Of a DNA stretch of 64,000 nt, positions 29,018-39,647 are shown in pieces; within the stretch, counting starts at the first letter, position 1; each line of letters begins with the position of its first letter. The stretch comes from Candidatus Latescibacterota bacterium. GTDB lineage: Bacteria > Latescibacterota > UBA2968 > GCA-2709665. Both the position numbers and the translations under genes were made by a program. Location of the stretch: the NCBI GenBank assembly GCA_965237675.1, contig OZ250150.1, positions 4,896,001-4,960,000 of the forward strand, given 5' to 3'. The notes under the pieces are model-generated. The model ran no database searches, was not told the DNA's origin, and worked only from the letters and a program-made list of their open reading frames with translations.

Positions 29018-31405
29018 CTACTCAGCAGCCCCCATTCGATAACCCACGCCCGGCTCGTTGAAGATGTAAGTGGGATTGGCTGCGTCGTCTCCCAACTTGC
29101 GCCGGAGGCTCTTTAAAGCCGAGCGCAACGGCCTCGTATCCCGGCCACTTCTCTTGCGCCAGACCCTTTGCAACAGATGATCGTGCGTCAATATCACGCC
29201 AGCCTTGACCGAGAGTTCCACCAGCAGTCCGTACTCGATGACGGTCAGCCTTACCGGCCGGCCGTTAACGATAACTCGTCGCCTGGGGTAGTCAATGGTC
29301 AATCCTCCCATCACAAAGGGTTCCTCCGGCTCCTTCTGAACGGACGCCGTCGCCTTGCGCAGCGCCGCCCGGATTCTGGCCACCAGTTCCGTGTCAGAAA
29401 AGGGCTTGACTACGTAGTCGGCGGCGCCGGCTTCGAAGGCACGGGCAATGGCTTCGTCGTGGCCGTACGCGGAAAGAAAGACGACCGGCACGTCTGCGTC
29501 CTTTAAGATGGACTGCATAATCTCGATGCCGTCGGTCCCCGGCAGTACCAGGTCCAGCAAGACCAGTTGGGGGCGGTGCTCCTCCAGAAGCCTGGGCACT
29601 TCGTCCGGGTCGCCTGTCGCCACAAGAACGTAGCCGACCTTCGATAGGGCTTCCCGTACCTTCCGCAGCGTCTGCGGGTCGTCGTCCACAACCAGGATGG
29701 GCGTTCGCCCCTGCCGCCTGACGCGTACCCCTCCAGCGTTCGAATCCGGCGGACCGTGGGTCACGTACCCGGCGTCCTCGGCAACGGGAATGGTAAACGT
29801 GACGCGGGTTCCCCGACCCTCTCCGTCGCTCTCGGCCCATATCCGGCCCCCGTGGGCTTCCACGATTCCCTTGCAGATGGACAGGCCCCAGCCCGATCCC
29901 TCATCCTCGCCGGTCCGATCCTCGCCGTCGAACCGCACAATATTCCGAAACATGTGTGGCAGGCGCTCGGCGGACACTCCCCGTCCATGGTCGACAACCG
30001 AGAAGGCCACGTGCACCCCCTCCTGTGACACAGTTATACGCAGCAGCGAATTCCTGGGCGAATGGCTGTCGGCGTTCGAGAGAAGGTTCACGATCACCTG
30101 GTTGATGCGCCTCCGATCCGCGTTCACCGCCGGGAGTTCGGGCGCCAGCTCGATCCGGAGGTTGTTTCTGCCCCCTCCGCTCAGAAACGTGTTCCGGGCC
30201 TGGTCCACCAGACCGGTGACCTGCGTCGGTTCGAGAGTGACCTGCAGGATTCCCGTCCTGATGCGCGCGACGTCCAGCAGGTCGTTGACCAGGCCGCTCA
30301 TCTGATCGGCGTGCTGGTTGATGATGCGGAAGAACTGGACCATTTCGGCCCTGTCCAGAGCAAGGGTGTCGCCCAGCACGGTGGCAGCCGAACCCTTGAT
30401 CGCGGCCAGCGGCGCCCTCAGCTCGTGGCTTACGATGGCCAGGAAATCGGACCGCTGCCGTTCCAATTCCTCCAGGTGCGTCATGTCCTGCACCGTCACG
30501 ACGAGGGATTCCACGCCGCCGTCATCCGATCGGATAGGAGTCGCGTTGGCCAAAACGGTCACCCTGCGCCCGTCCGGACCTTCGACGACGATCTCCTCGG
30601 CCCGCACCGTCTCGCCGCTATTGAGCATCTTGGTCGCGGACAACTCTTCGAGAGAAAAATCTCGTCCGTCGGCGCGGCGGACCTTGATAGCATCGAGAAT
30701 ATCTTCAAGTGAACGATCCGGGATCCGCAAGCCATCCAGGATCCTAGCCGCCTCGCGGTTGAATGAGATGACCTCACCGGTGCTGGCCTCGAAGACCGCG
30801 ACGCCCACCTGCGAGGTCTTGACCAGCGCTTCCAGGTCCGCCCTCGCCCGCCGTTCGTCCCGGTATCGCCGCGCGTTGGTGATCACCAGTGCCGCCTGGG
30901 TTGCGAACAACACCAGCGTTTCTTCGTCTTCGGCGGTGAACTCCATGCCTCCTTCCTTCTCGGCCAGAAAGAAAGTCCCCACTCTCTCACCGCCGTGGCG
31001 GATCGGTGCGGCCAGAAAGGCAAGCGAGGGGCTAACGGGCATTGGCGGACGAAATTCCGGAAGGCCCAAAGTCCGTATATGGCTTTGCATGTCCCGCACC
31101 CGCAGTGGTTCCTCTATGAAACCGAAGTTTTCGAAGAGAACCTCATTCTCCGGCTTCCTCCAGATCCGTCTCGTTTGATTGGGAGTCAGTCCCGAGGCGA
31201 GGCAGTTCTGTACGCGTCCCCCGTCTTCCAACAGTGTCATCATCCCGTACGTCGCGTCGGTCAATGATCGCGCGCTGTCCAGGACGCCCTGAAGAACCGT
31301 CTTGAAGTCGAGGCTCTCGTTGATGCGCAGACACGCTTTGCCCATGCGGGACATGCGCTCTCGCAGCTCTTTGTTCTCCCGTTCAAGGTCCCTGCCTGGA
31401 TTCAT
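29018..31405 (-). CDS. Soluble hybrid sensor histidine kinase/response regulator: GAF-PAS-HisKA-HATPase-REC-OmpR wHTH
   Basis: SHELRAPL H-box, NLLSNA N-box, DHGRG, GWGLSICKGIVEAHGG, ILVVDDD..LLDLVLP..KPF, YIFNEPGVGYR. Confidence 0.93.
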   Translation of the reverse strand: MNPGRDLERENKELRERMSRMGKACLRINESLDFKTVLQGVLDSARSLTDATYGMMTLLEDGGRVQNCLASGLTPNQTRRIWRKPENEVLFENFGFIEEPLRVRDMQSHIRTLGLPEFRPPMPVSPSLAFLAAPIRHGGERVGTFFLAEKEGGMEFTAEDEETLVLFATQAALVITNARRYRDERRARADLEALVKTSQVGVAVFEASTGEVISFNREAARILDGLRIPDRSLEDILDAIKVRRADGRDFSLEELSATKMLNSGETVRAEEIVVEGPDGRRVTVLANATPIRSDDGGVESLVVTVQDMTHLEELERQRSDFLAIVSHELRAPLAAIKGSAATVLGDTLALDRAEMVQFFRIINQHADQMSGLVNDLLDVARIRTGILQVTLEPTQVTGLVDQARNTFLSGGGRNNLRIELAPELPAVNADRRRINQVIVNLLSNADSHSPRNSLLRITVSQEGVHVAFSVVDHGRGVSAERLPHMFRNIVRFDGEDRTGEDEGSGWGLSICKGIVEAHGGRIWAESDGEGRGTRVTFTIPVAEDAGYVTHGPPDSNAGGVRVRRQGRTPILVVDDDPQTLRKVREALSKVGYVLVATGDPDEVPRLLEEHRPQLVLLDLVLPGTDGIEIMQSILKDADVPVVFLSAYGHDEAIARAFEAGAADYVVKPFSDTELVARIRAALRKATASVQKEPEEPFVMGGLTIDYPRRRVIVNGRPVRLTVIEYGLLVELSVKAGVILTHDHLLQRVWRKRSGRDTRPLRSALKSLRRKLGDDAANPTYIFNEPGVGYRMGAAE

Positions 31406-31518
31406 CTTTTTCTCCCACGTCAGCGGAAACGCTCCACGGATCTTGAGTCGTCAGGACGCGTGCCAGGAACTTTGCCGCGACAACCTCGTTGGTTTCCATA
31501 CATTCCGAAGAGGCGAAA

Positions 31519-31568
31519 ATTCACCTATATATCACCTAAATGGAGTGATAATTCACTTCGATTTCACG
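31519..31568. promoter_or_regulatory. (A/T)TCAC direct repeats at ~11-bp period in the divergent promoter
   Basis: TCAC at 31521, 31532, 31553 and 31564; also the IR atcac-N9-gtgat. Confidence 0.4.
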
Positions 31569-31746
31569 CACAAATGTTTAAATTTAAGCTGGAAGTATGA
31601 GTCCGGCCTGGAGCGGTGAATTCAAAGTCTGCTCAAGCGTGGAAAATGCGTGAACATATTGTTTCGAGCAAACCGACGTTCGCCACAATAAGGTATAAAG
31701 ACCGCCTGTCCCGCATTTATTTGAAATGTAGGAAATCTCAATCGGT

Positions 31747-32511
31747 ATGTCAATTCGATCGAAACGGAGCCGTAAGAACCATACACCCGGCAGACGGGTA
31801 GAAATTCTCGTCGCCGACCCAGACCCCGAAGTCTGCGCCCGGCTTCGGAACATGCTCGAGATGCAGGCCGAGACATGGCACGTGGAAACCGTCGCGGACG
31901 GCAATGATGCGCTGAATCTCCTCTGCGATGGGTCCTTCGCCGTCGCCGTCCTGGACGTCTCCCTTCCCAATCTCACCGGCCTGGAAATTTTGCGCGCCGT
32001 TCGGCAGAAATACATCCCGACAGAAATTGTGCTGATTTCCAAAGACGACAACCTTAAGATCGCCGTTCGAGCCATGAAAGACGGCGCTCACGATATCCTC
32101 GGCAAGCCGGTTGAGAAAGACCATCTCGTCTCTCTGGTTCGCGAATTGATCGGACGCCGGCATCTGCCACCACACACGCTTGCGATACGGATGGATGCGT
32201 TTCTGAAAGAACGCATTTCGGATCCTTCGCTGCATCGAGGCGATCTCTGCAGGCACTTCAATGTCTCACCGAGCCACGTTTCCAGGCTGTTTCGCGATTT
32301 CTTCGAAATGACTTTTCAGGACCGTCGAAGTTATTTCCGGATAGAAAAGGCGAAAGAGATGATGGAAACAAGGCGTGAGCCCCTGTACGTCATTGCCGAA
32401 AAATGCGGTTTCAAGAATCAGGTTCGCTTTACGGAGGCCTTTCGCAGACTGGAGGAAATGCCTCCCAGGAAATATCGGCAGAGTCTGGATGCCAATGGGA
32501 GAAATGAGTGA
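31747..32511 (+). CDS. Response regulator with AraC-type DNA-binding domain
   Basis: ILVAD..VLDVSLP..KP receiver; SPSHVSRLF..RIEKAKEMM..IAEKCGF..FTEAFRRLEEMPPRKYR. Confidence 0.9.
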   Translation: MSIRSKRSRKNHTPGRRVEILVADPDPEVCARLRNMLEMQAETWHVETVADGNDALNLLCDGSFAVAVLDVSLPNLTGLEILRAVRQKYIPTEIVLISKDDNLKIAVRAMKDGAHDILGKPVEKDHLVSLVRELIGRRHLPPHTLAIRMDAFLKERISDPSLHRGDLCRHFNVSPSHVSRLFRDFFEMTFQDRRSYFRIEKAKEMMETRREPLYVIAEKCGFKNQVRFTEAFRRLEEMPPRKYRQSLDANGRNE

Positions 32512-32879
32512 CTGACCGATCACGTTAGTGCACATGCGAAAGCATGAACTGAACCCACAAACGGGCGTACACTTCCTGCAGCATTCCAGATGCAATCGAA
32601 CCTGCCGTTATTCTCGGTATCTGACAGACCGAATTGAAATCTGAACGCCGTTGTAACACGGATTCAGAGTTTTAGCTGAATGAAGATAAATTGGATTCTC
32701 GCTGTATCCGGGCGCCTATCCAATTAATATTCTTGCGGCCCTGCTCATGTAAGCAGGGCCATTGTTATTGGGGCGTGTCAGGTTGGATAGACGGATCCTA
32801 ATCCAGTTCCAACACGCCACAGGATTCTCCATTACATCCACAATGGCTCGAGCGAATGTGTCTGCTACCACCCGCAGTT

Positions 32880-33069
32880 TTCCGGCTACACGCAATGAAC
32901 GCCGGCGGTCCTGTTCCCAATCCTTCAAGGTTTGAACGGACACACACGTCAACCGGGCAAATCGAGTCTGAGAATGGCCGATTTTCGCTCTGGTTCCGGC
33001 AATATCAGGCATCGTGACGATACGAGGTTGTTCTGCTCGCCTGTTTTCCCGCAGAACGGATAGATTCAC
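32880..33069 (-). pseudogene. Degenerate XRE/HTH_3 (HigA/MqsA-like antitoxin) fragment
   Basis: DIAGTRAKIGHSQTRFARLTCVSVQTLKDWEQDRRR matches the R..lglSQ..FA...gVS..Tl..WEQgRR pattern. Confidence 0.55.
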
Positions 33070-33642
33070 CTGACCGACATCTCTATCCTCCTCGCATATT
33101 TTCGATTTCTACACTGATTGGTCTGAGAATTCTGTCAGGTAAGGTATAGACGACACCATAGCCCGCCTTATCTTCCTCGCCCTATTCCCGCCGCTTGATT
33201 TTTCAAACACCACCCGAGGTTGGACTGACCTGGCGCCCGCAGCGTCGTTGTGATCCGATTAAGCGTGACCGATTTTCCAATCTATTCGCCTTGTCACGCC
33301 GCTGGACCCCGGAGAATTCTCAATTTGCAGCTTGTGGCCAATCGCCGGTAGGGGTTGCATTGTATACCGGCCTTTTTTGCAGCACACCGAAAAGATCATT
33401 AGTAGAATCGAAAGTCTTCACTATTTTACGTTTTAATATAATTATTTTTCGATTAAATTCCAAGGTGTGTTGCCAGACGAGTCCGGACCCATAACGAAAA
33501 GGCATCTGTCGCCTGAATATCCGCATGAGAGGTAACTTCGGACGGATCGGATGATTCTCCGGAAAGCCACCGGCATCAAGTTCACCACTCCATTCTCCGC
33601 ACCCTCTTCAGCATCAACGTACTGTCGAAAGGCGCGCTCCAT

Positions 33643-36600
33643 ATGTTTCCAAAAAAGCAGATGCTGTCAATTGCCACTCTCGCACTGCTGGCATTCATTT
33701 GTCATGCCGCCCTGGGTTCCAACGCCGACGATTCGGCAGCGAAAACGCAAGCGATCACCGCCGTTTCTAATGACGACAGCGCGCCTCTTCCCGACTTTGA
33801 CGGCGATGGCACGGTCGGATTTGGCGATTTCGTGAAATTTTCGGCAAAGTTCGGCTTGAGCCAGGAGGATGACGGATACGACGCGCAGTACGATCTGAAC
33901 GGTGACGGCGAGATCGGTTTCGCGGACTTTGTGATCTTTGCGCAGCACTTCGGTAAAGAGGTCCCTTCGGACGACAGGGCAGTATTGGTTGCGCTCTATG
34001 AGGCGACGGATGGCCCCAACTGGACCAACAGCACGAACTGGCTGAGCGACAAGCCCCTGGCTGAATGGCATGGGGTATCCGTCTCCAACGGCAGGGTCAC
34101 ACACTTGGAGCTTGTAGAGAATCAGTTGAGTGGCCCGATCCCCACCGAGTTGGGCAATCTGTCCAACCTTGCCCACCTGGGTCTTGGGGGGAATCAGTTG
34201 ATTGGCTCGATTCCTACCGAGTTGACCAATCTGTCCAACCTTGCCCACCTGGGTCTTGGGGGGAATCAGTTGATTGGCTCGATTCCTACCGAGTTGACCA
34301 ATCTGTCCAACCTCAAAGAGTTAGATCTTGAACAGAATCGGTTGACGGGACCAATACCGATCGAACTGGGACGTTTGACCAAGCTCACATCGCTGTGGAT
34401 TAACGGTAACCAGTTGACGGGCGAGATTCCCCCCGAGTTGGGCAATCTGGCCAACCTCTGGTCCTTGTCGCTTTACTTGAATCAGTTGACTGGCTCGATC
34501 CCTACCGAGTTGACCAATCTGGTCAACCTCAGGGACCTGAAAATTTGGGGCACTCGGTTGACGGGACCAATACCGAGAGAATTGGGACAGTTGACCAAGC
34601 TCATCCAACTGAATCTTGCTCAGAACTACTTGACGGGAAGGATACCGCCCGAACTGGGGCAACTCACAGACCTAAGGTACTTGAGACTTCAATATAACCA
34701 GCTGACTGGTGAGATACCCCCGGAGCTGGGACAGTTGACCAAGCTCACAGAGTTGGTACTTGGCTACAACCAGCTGACTGGTGAGATACCCCCGGAGCTG
34801 GGACAGTTGACCAAGCTCACCGTCCTGGCACTTGGCTTCAATCCCGGCCTGTCCGGACCCTTACCTACGGAGCTCACGGGTCTCACTCTGGGAGTCTTCC
34901 ACATTGAGGAAACTGAGGTGTGCGTGCCTCGGGCCGTCGAATTCCAGGAATGGCTCAGCAGGTTACCGAGACCACCGGAATCCGGCACCTATTCTCATTG
35001 CCCCGATCCGCAATGGGACGCACTGGCGGCGCTCTACGAGGGGACTAACGGAACGAATTGGAAAAAAAATAAAAACTGGTTGACCCTCGCGCCCCTCGGT
35101 GAATGGTACGGCGTTGCCACCGATGATAGCGGGCGAGTGACCCACTTGAACCTGAGGGGCAACAACCTGAGCGGGCTCCTTCCCTTATCACTGAGCAATC
35201 TGGCCAGCCTGAAAACTCTGAATCTCGCCGCCAACGCCGCACTGTCAGGTCCATTGCCTCAGGGGCTCACGCGTCTGGCCCTCGAGTCCCTTGAAACGGA
35301 AGGAACGCGGCTGTGTGCGCCACCCCGCGCAGAATTCCAGGTGTGGCTAAATGGAATACGGAATACAGACGCTGCCGTGTGTACCGACATGCGACTGGAC
35401 TATTACGCATTGGTCGCGCTGTACAGCGGCACGGATGGACCAAACTGGACTACAGCGACGAACTGGACGAGCGCCGCGCCCCTGGGCGACTGGCACGGCG
35501 TGACCACCGACGCCGGCGGGCGCGTGACTGAATTGTCCCTGAAAGAAAACAACCTGCGAGGGACGATACCGGTTGATATTGAGCAACTCACCAGCCTCGA
35601 ATCGCTGAGTCTTTCCACGAACCAGTTAACCGGCGAGATCCCTGCTGAACTCGGCCAAATGACCAATCTCGAAACGCTGTGGCTTGGATCTAACGGTCTG
35701 ACGGGAGAGATCCCTCCAGAACTGGGCCGGTTGACAAATCTCAGGTCGCTACACCTTCTGAGGAACCGGTTGACCGGTAAGATTCCTCCGGAGCTCGGAC
35801 AGTTGAGAAATCTCTCAGATTTAGACCTATCCGCGAACCCGTTGGATGGCGAGATACCCCAGGAACTGGGGCAACTCAGCAACATGGAAAGGCTGGTTCT
35901 ATGGGGCAATAGTCTGACAGGTGAGATACCCCCGGAACTGGGGCAACTCACCAACCTCAGAATGCTGTGGATTGTCGATAACTTCTCCTTGACGGGCGAG
36001 ATTCCACCGGAACTGGGACAACTCACCAATCTCGAAAGCCTCTGGCTGAACAATAACGACCTGCAGGGCGAGATCCCCCCGGAACTGGGGCGTCTGACCA
36101 ACCTCACGTCGTTGGAGCTTCGGAGAAACCAGCTAAAGGGCAATATCCCACAGGAACTGGAGCAACTCACCAGACTCGCTTCGCTGAATCTCTCCGCAAA
36201 CCAGTTATCGGGCAATATCCCACCGGAACTGGGACAGTTGACTAGTGTCGGCACGCTGATTCTATCCGCAAACCAATTGTCGGGCAATATCCCAACAGAT
36301 CTGGGACGACTCGCCGGACTTACGGAACTGGATCTATCCTCAAACCAGTTATCGGGCAATATCCCGTCAGAACTGGGGCGACTCATCCATCTCAGAAGGC
36401 TGGATCTATCCTCAAACCAGCTATCGGGCAATATCCCGTCAGAACTGGGACAACTCACCCATCTCACATCGTTGAACCTGGGCTTTAACGGCGCCCTGTC
36501 CGGGACCCTCCCCGCCGCCCTCACGGGTCTCACTCTCGAAAATCTGCGGCTGAATGAAACACTCCTGTGTTCACCGCAGGACGCCGAATTCCAGGCGTGG

Positions 36601-38121
36601 CTGAGGGCAATATCGTTCAGCCGCGTGCCGAACTGCGCCCGTTCCGACGAGGCAGCGGCCTACCTGGTGCAGGCCACGCAATCGCTGGAATATCCCGTAC
36701 CCCTGGTGGCCGGCGACGCGGCTCTGCTGCGCGTATTCGTCACGGCGGACGGGAAGGTCGATGCCGCCATGCCGCCCGTTCGGGCGACCTTCTACAGGGA
36801 CGGAGCAGAGGTACACACGGCGAACATCGAGGGCCAGACCACGAACGTCCCCCGGCAGGTCAACGAGGGATCACTGTTGCATTCAGCCAACGCGGTGGTG
36901 CCCGGCTCCGTCGTGATGCCGGGGCTGGAGCTGGTGGTCGAGATCGATCCCGACCAGACCCTGGACTCCGCCCTGGGCATCGCCGCCCGCCTGCCCCGAA
37001 CGGGTCGCACGGCTCTGGACGTGCGGTCCGTGCCGCCCCTTGATCTGACACTCATACCCTTTCTGTGGGAAGAGAATCCGGACAGTTCCGTTTTGTGGCA
37101 AACCCAGCGCTTGTCGTCCGAATCCGACCTGTTCCGGCTGACCCGCGACATTCTGCCGGTGCGCGAGTTCCGTCTGACGGTACATAAGCCGGTATTGACT
37201 TCCGTGGACCCCACGTCCGACAGTGCGCAACACCTCGGGCCCGAAACCGAGTTGATTTACGCCATGGAAGGCGCAAAGGGTTATTATATGGGCATCTTCA
37301 GAAGCGTGGGCGGCAGCGGTTTGAAAGGAATAGCCATATTACCCGGATACACGAGTCAGTCCATCCTCGACGGGAACACTATCGCGCACGAACTGGGCCA
37401 CAACCTGAATCTGTTACACGCCCCGGGATGCGGCGCAGGAGGTCCGGACCCGGAATATCCCTATGAGAACGGGGACATCGGCGCGTGGGGATACGATTTC
37501 GTCAACGAATCGCTGGTGAGCCCCGCAACGTCGGACCTGATGACATACTGCGATCCCCAATGGATCAGCGATTATTCGTTTACCAGGGCCCTTTCCCGCC
37601 GCACTCAGGCCGAGGCCGTGCCGGTGGCGGCGTCCTACACCGCTCCCTCAAAAGGCCTGCTGATGTGGGGCGGCCTGGACGAGAACGAAAAACCCTTCCT
37701 CGAACCTGCCTTCGTGGTCGCCGCCCCGCCCTTCCCACCGCAGCTCGACGGCCCTTACCGGCTCACAGGCGAAGATGAACACGGCAACCACCTGTTCAGC
37801 CTGCCGTTCGGCATGCCTGAACTCGGGTGCGGCGCCAGAGGCGGCGCCTTCGCCTTCATTCTTCCGGTAGAGGCCGATTGGGCGGGCAGGCTGACGCGAA
37901 TTGCGCTTTCGGGACCGGAAGGCGTTTCCATCCTGAATGGCCAGGACGACGCTTCGGCAACACTCCTGCTGGACCGCGGCACGGGAGACGTCCGGGGCAT
38001 CCTGCGGGACTGGCCGGAGGCGGCGGCGAAGCGGCCCGCAGACCGTCTCTTGCCTCGGGAAACGGGACTGGAGGTCCTCACCAGCCACGGCATCCCGGAT
38101 GCGGACTCTTGGGAACGCTGA
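33643..38121 (+). CDS. Secreted protein: N-terminal dockerin-like module, LRR blocks and C-terminal metzincin-type Zn metallopeptidase
   Basis: DFDGDGTVGFGDF..DLNGDGEIGFADF; many NQLTGEIPPELGQL repeats; HELGHNLNLLH and DLMTY Met-turn. Confidence 0.92.
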   Translation: MFPKKQMLSIATLALLAFICHAALGSNADDSAAKTQAITAVSNDDSAPLPDFDGDGTVGFGDFVKFSAKFGLSQEDDGYDAQYDLNGDGEIGFADFVIFAQHFGKEVPSDDRAVLVALYEATDGPNWTNSTNWLSDKPLAEWHGVSVSNGRVTHLELVENQLSGPIPTELGNLSNLAHLGLGGNQLIGSIPTELTNLSNLAHLGLGGNQLIGSIPTELTNLSNLKELDLEQNRLTGPIPIELGRLTKLTSLWINGNQLTGEIPPELGNLANLWSLSLYLNQLTGSIPTELTNLVNLRDLKIWGTRLTGPIPRELGQLTKLIQLNLAQNYLTGRIPPELGQLTDLRYLRLQYNQLTGEIPPELGQLTKLTELVLGYNQLTGEIPPELGQLTKLTVLALGFNPGLSGPLPTELTGLTLGVFHIEETEVCVPRAVEFQEWLSRLPRPPESGTYSHCPDPQWDALAALYEGTNGTNWKKNKNWLTLAPLGEWYGVATDDSGRVTHLNLRGNNLSGLLPLSLSNLASLKTLNLAANAALSGPLPQGLTRLALESLETEGTRLCAPPRAEFQVWLNGIRNTDAAVCTDMRLDYYALVALYSGTDGPNWTTATNWTSAAPLGDWHGVTTDAGGRVTELSLKENNLRGTIPVDIEQLTSLESLSLSTNQLTGEIPAELGQMTNLETLWLGSNGLTGEIPPELGRLTNLRSLHLLRNRLTGKIPPELGQLRNLSDLDLSANPLDGEIPQELGQLSNMERLVLWGNSLTGEIPPELGQLTNLRMLWIVDNFSLTGEIPPELGQLTNLESLWLNNNDLQGEIPPELGRLTNLTSLELRRNQLKGNIPQELEQLTRLASLNLSANQLSGNIPPELGQLTSVGTLILSANQLSGNIPTDLGRLAGLTELDLSSNQLSGNIPSELGRLIHLRRLDLSSNQLSGNIPSELGQLTHLTSLNLGFNGALSGTLPAALTGLTLENLRLNETLLCSPQDAEFQAWLRAISFSRVPNCARSDEAAAYLVQATQSLEYPVPLVAGDAALLRVFVTADGKVDAAMPPVRATFYRDGAEVHTANIEGQTTNVPRQVNEGSLLHSANAVVPGSVVMPGLELVVEIDPDQTLDSALGIAARLPRTGRTALDVRSVPPLDLTLIPFLWEENPDSSVLWQTQRLSSESDLFRLTRDILPVREFRLTVHKPVLTSVDPTSDSAQHLGPETELIYAMEGAKGYYMGIFRSVGGSGLKGIAILPGYTSQSILDGNTIAHELGHNLNLLHAPGCGAGGPDPEYPYENGDIGAWGYDFVNESLVSPATSDLMTYCDPQWISDYSFTRALSRRTQAEAVPVAASYTAPSKGLLMWGGLDENEKPFLEPAFVVAAPPFPPQLDGPYRLTGEDEHGNHLFSLPFGMPELGCGARGGAFAFILPVEADWAGRLTRIALSGPEGVSILNGQDDASATLLLDRGTGDVRGILRDWPEAAAKRPADRLLPRETGLEVLTSHGIPDADSWER

Positions 38122-38358
38122 CGTAGCCCGCCGGAAAGGCTTGCCTTCGAGCAAGGCGATAAGCCCCTGATCCCCCGCTTTACCGCGTCCAGGATCCGGT
38201 ATCGCGCCACGAATTTCCGAATAGGTAGTGTAAAATCAGGTATTGCCCTCACCTGATTTATGAGTTATATAGGCCTCATATTTACGTATTAGTTTTATTT
38301 ATTTATGCCTATATGCAACACTGCGAGCAGAGCAGCGCAGAAGATCCTCCAGGGGCGC

Positions 38359-38970
38359 CGATGACGAAGCAATAGCCGGCGTCCATTCCGCCAACGCTGC
38401 CGAAGCGCCAGGGGGTGAAAACCGAGCAGCTTCCGGCCCCATGTGCGCGCGACTGGAGGTGTTCAACCTCCCGGGCTGGCGCATTGTCGTCGTGGCGGAC
38501 GAAGACCCTGGCGCTCCCTTTCACGCAACGGTGTGGGACGCCACGGATACCGTCCGGGCGGGAATCGGCCTCGCAACGGGTCTTTCTGTCTTGTGCCGCG
38601 GTCGCGGGATTACCGGAACCGACGCCAACCGCTCGCTCCGTAACGCCGGCGCCGTCCGGTGCCCGCGGCCGTAACCCTCGAAAGGAAACCCCCCTGGTCT
38701 TCAATGACAGCGGCCCTGAACGCCATTACTGTAGAAAAATGTGACGGTGACCTCGCATTCTGCCACACAGCGTGATTCTACAATGTCAGGGCCGATGGCC
38801 CATCGCATCTGCGCCCGCACTTCGGGGACGCACGTATGAAGGTGGGGCGGACATTCCTGTCTGCCCGCCTCGACGTCGTTCTGCCGACGTGAAGACCAAA
38901 AGAAGGCGTTCGCCGCCGAAGCAGTACGAGGCGTTATCCATCTCCCACAGCATGCGTAGACACAGGGACG
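38359..38970 (+). repeat. ~610-bp segmental duplication (second copy 43513-44123)
   Basis: Both begin cgatgacgaagcaatagccggcg (last codons of the 43038 lipoprotein gene) and stay colinear to gacacagggacg. Confidence 0.9.
38842..38866 (+). repeat. REP-like palindrome (also 43995-44019)
   Basis: gtggggcggaca-ttcc-tgtctgccc hairpin of the GGCAGACATTCCTGTCTGCC type. Confidence 0.6.
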
Positions 38971-39007
38971 CAAGGGGCCGTGGGAACAGTCCAACAACCC
39001 AACTTGA

Positions 39008-39139
39008 ATTTGTACACCTGGTCTCCACATATTTCTGCCACACGTTCCAGGACGTTGCAATAATCACATCAATTGCAGTCTCTCGATGCGGTTTGATCCT
39101 GGTTAATCACTGTCATCCTGGTTCAGGGAGGATATTCGG
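39008..39139 (+). promoter_or_regulatory. Conserved leader copy 6
   Basis: tgtacacctggtctccacat...aatcacatcaattgcagtctctcgatgcggttt...cagggaggatattcgg-ATG. Confidence 0.65.
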
Positions 39140-39647
39140 ATGAAAAGGGTAACGTCGTTCAGCTTTATTCCATTTCTGCTAGCGGCCGTCCTTGTTGTGC
39201 AGGAAAGCCGCGCCCAGGACTACGTCCGCTTGGGACTCCCCGAAGGCGCCATCGCCCGCCTGGGTAAAGGATTTATCAGTGGAGACGTCGCGTATTCGCC
39301 CGACGGCATGCGTCTGGCGGTGTCCAGCAGCATCGGCATCTGGCTCTACGATGCCGGCACGGGCGTCGAAATCGCCCTGCTCACGGGCCATACGGATGAT
39401 GTCACTACCGTGGTGTTTTCGCCGGATGGAAAAACGCTGGCAAGCGGCAGTTGGGACCGTACCGTGCGGTTGTGGGACGTGCACACCGGCAACGCTATAA
39501 CAACCCTTGTAGGACATACGGATGATGTCAACTCGGTGGTGTTTTCGCCGGATGGAAAAACGCTGGCAAGCGGCAGTGAAGACAATACGGTGCGGTTGTG
39601 GGACGTGGATACCGGCAACGCAATAACGACCCTTGAAGGACATACTA

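Noticed and set aside
38299-39143. Short ORFs in the duplicated spacer (and at 43460-44189)
   Set aside because: Frames are not consistently preserved between the two copies and there are no recognisable domains.
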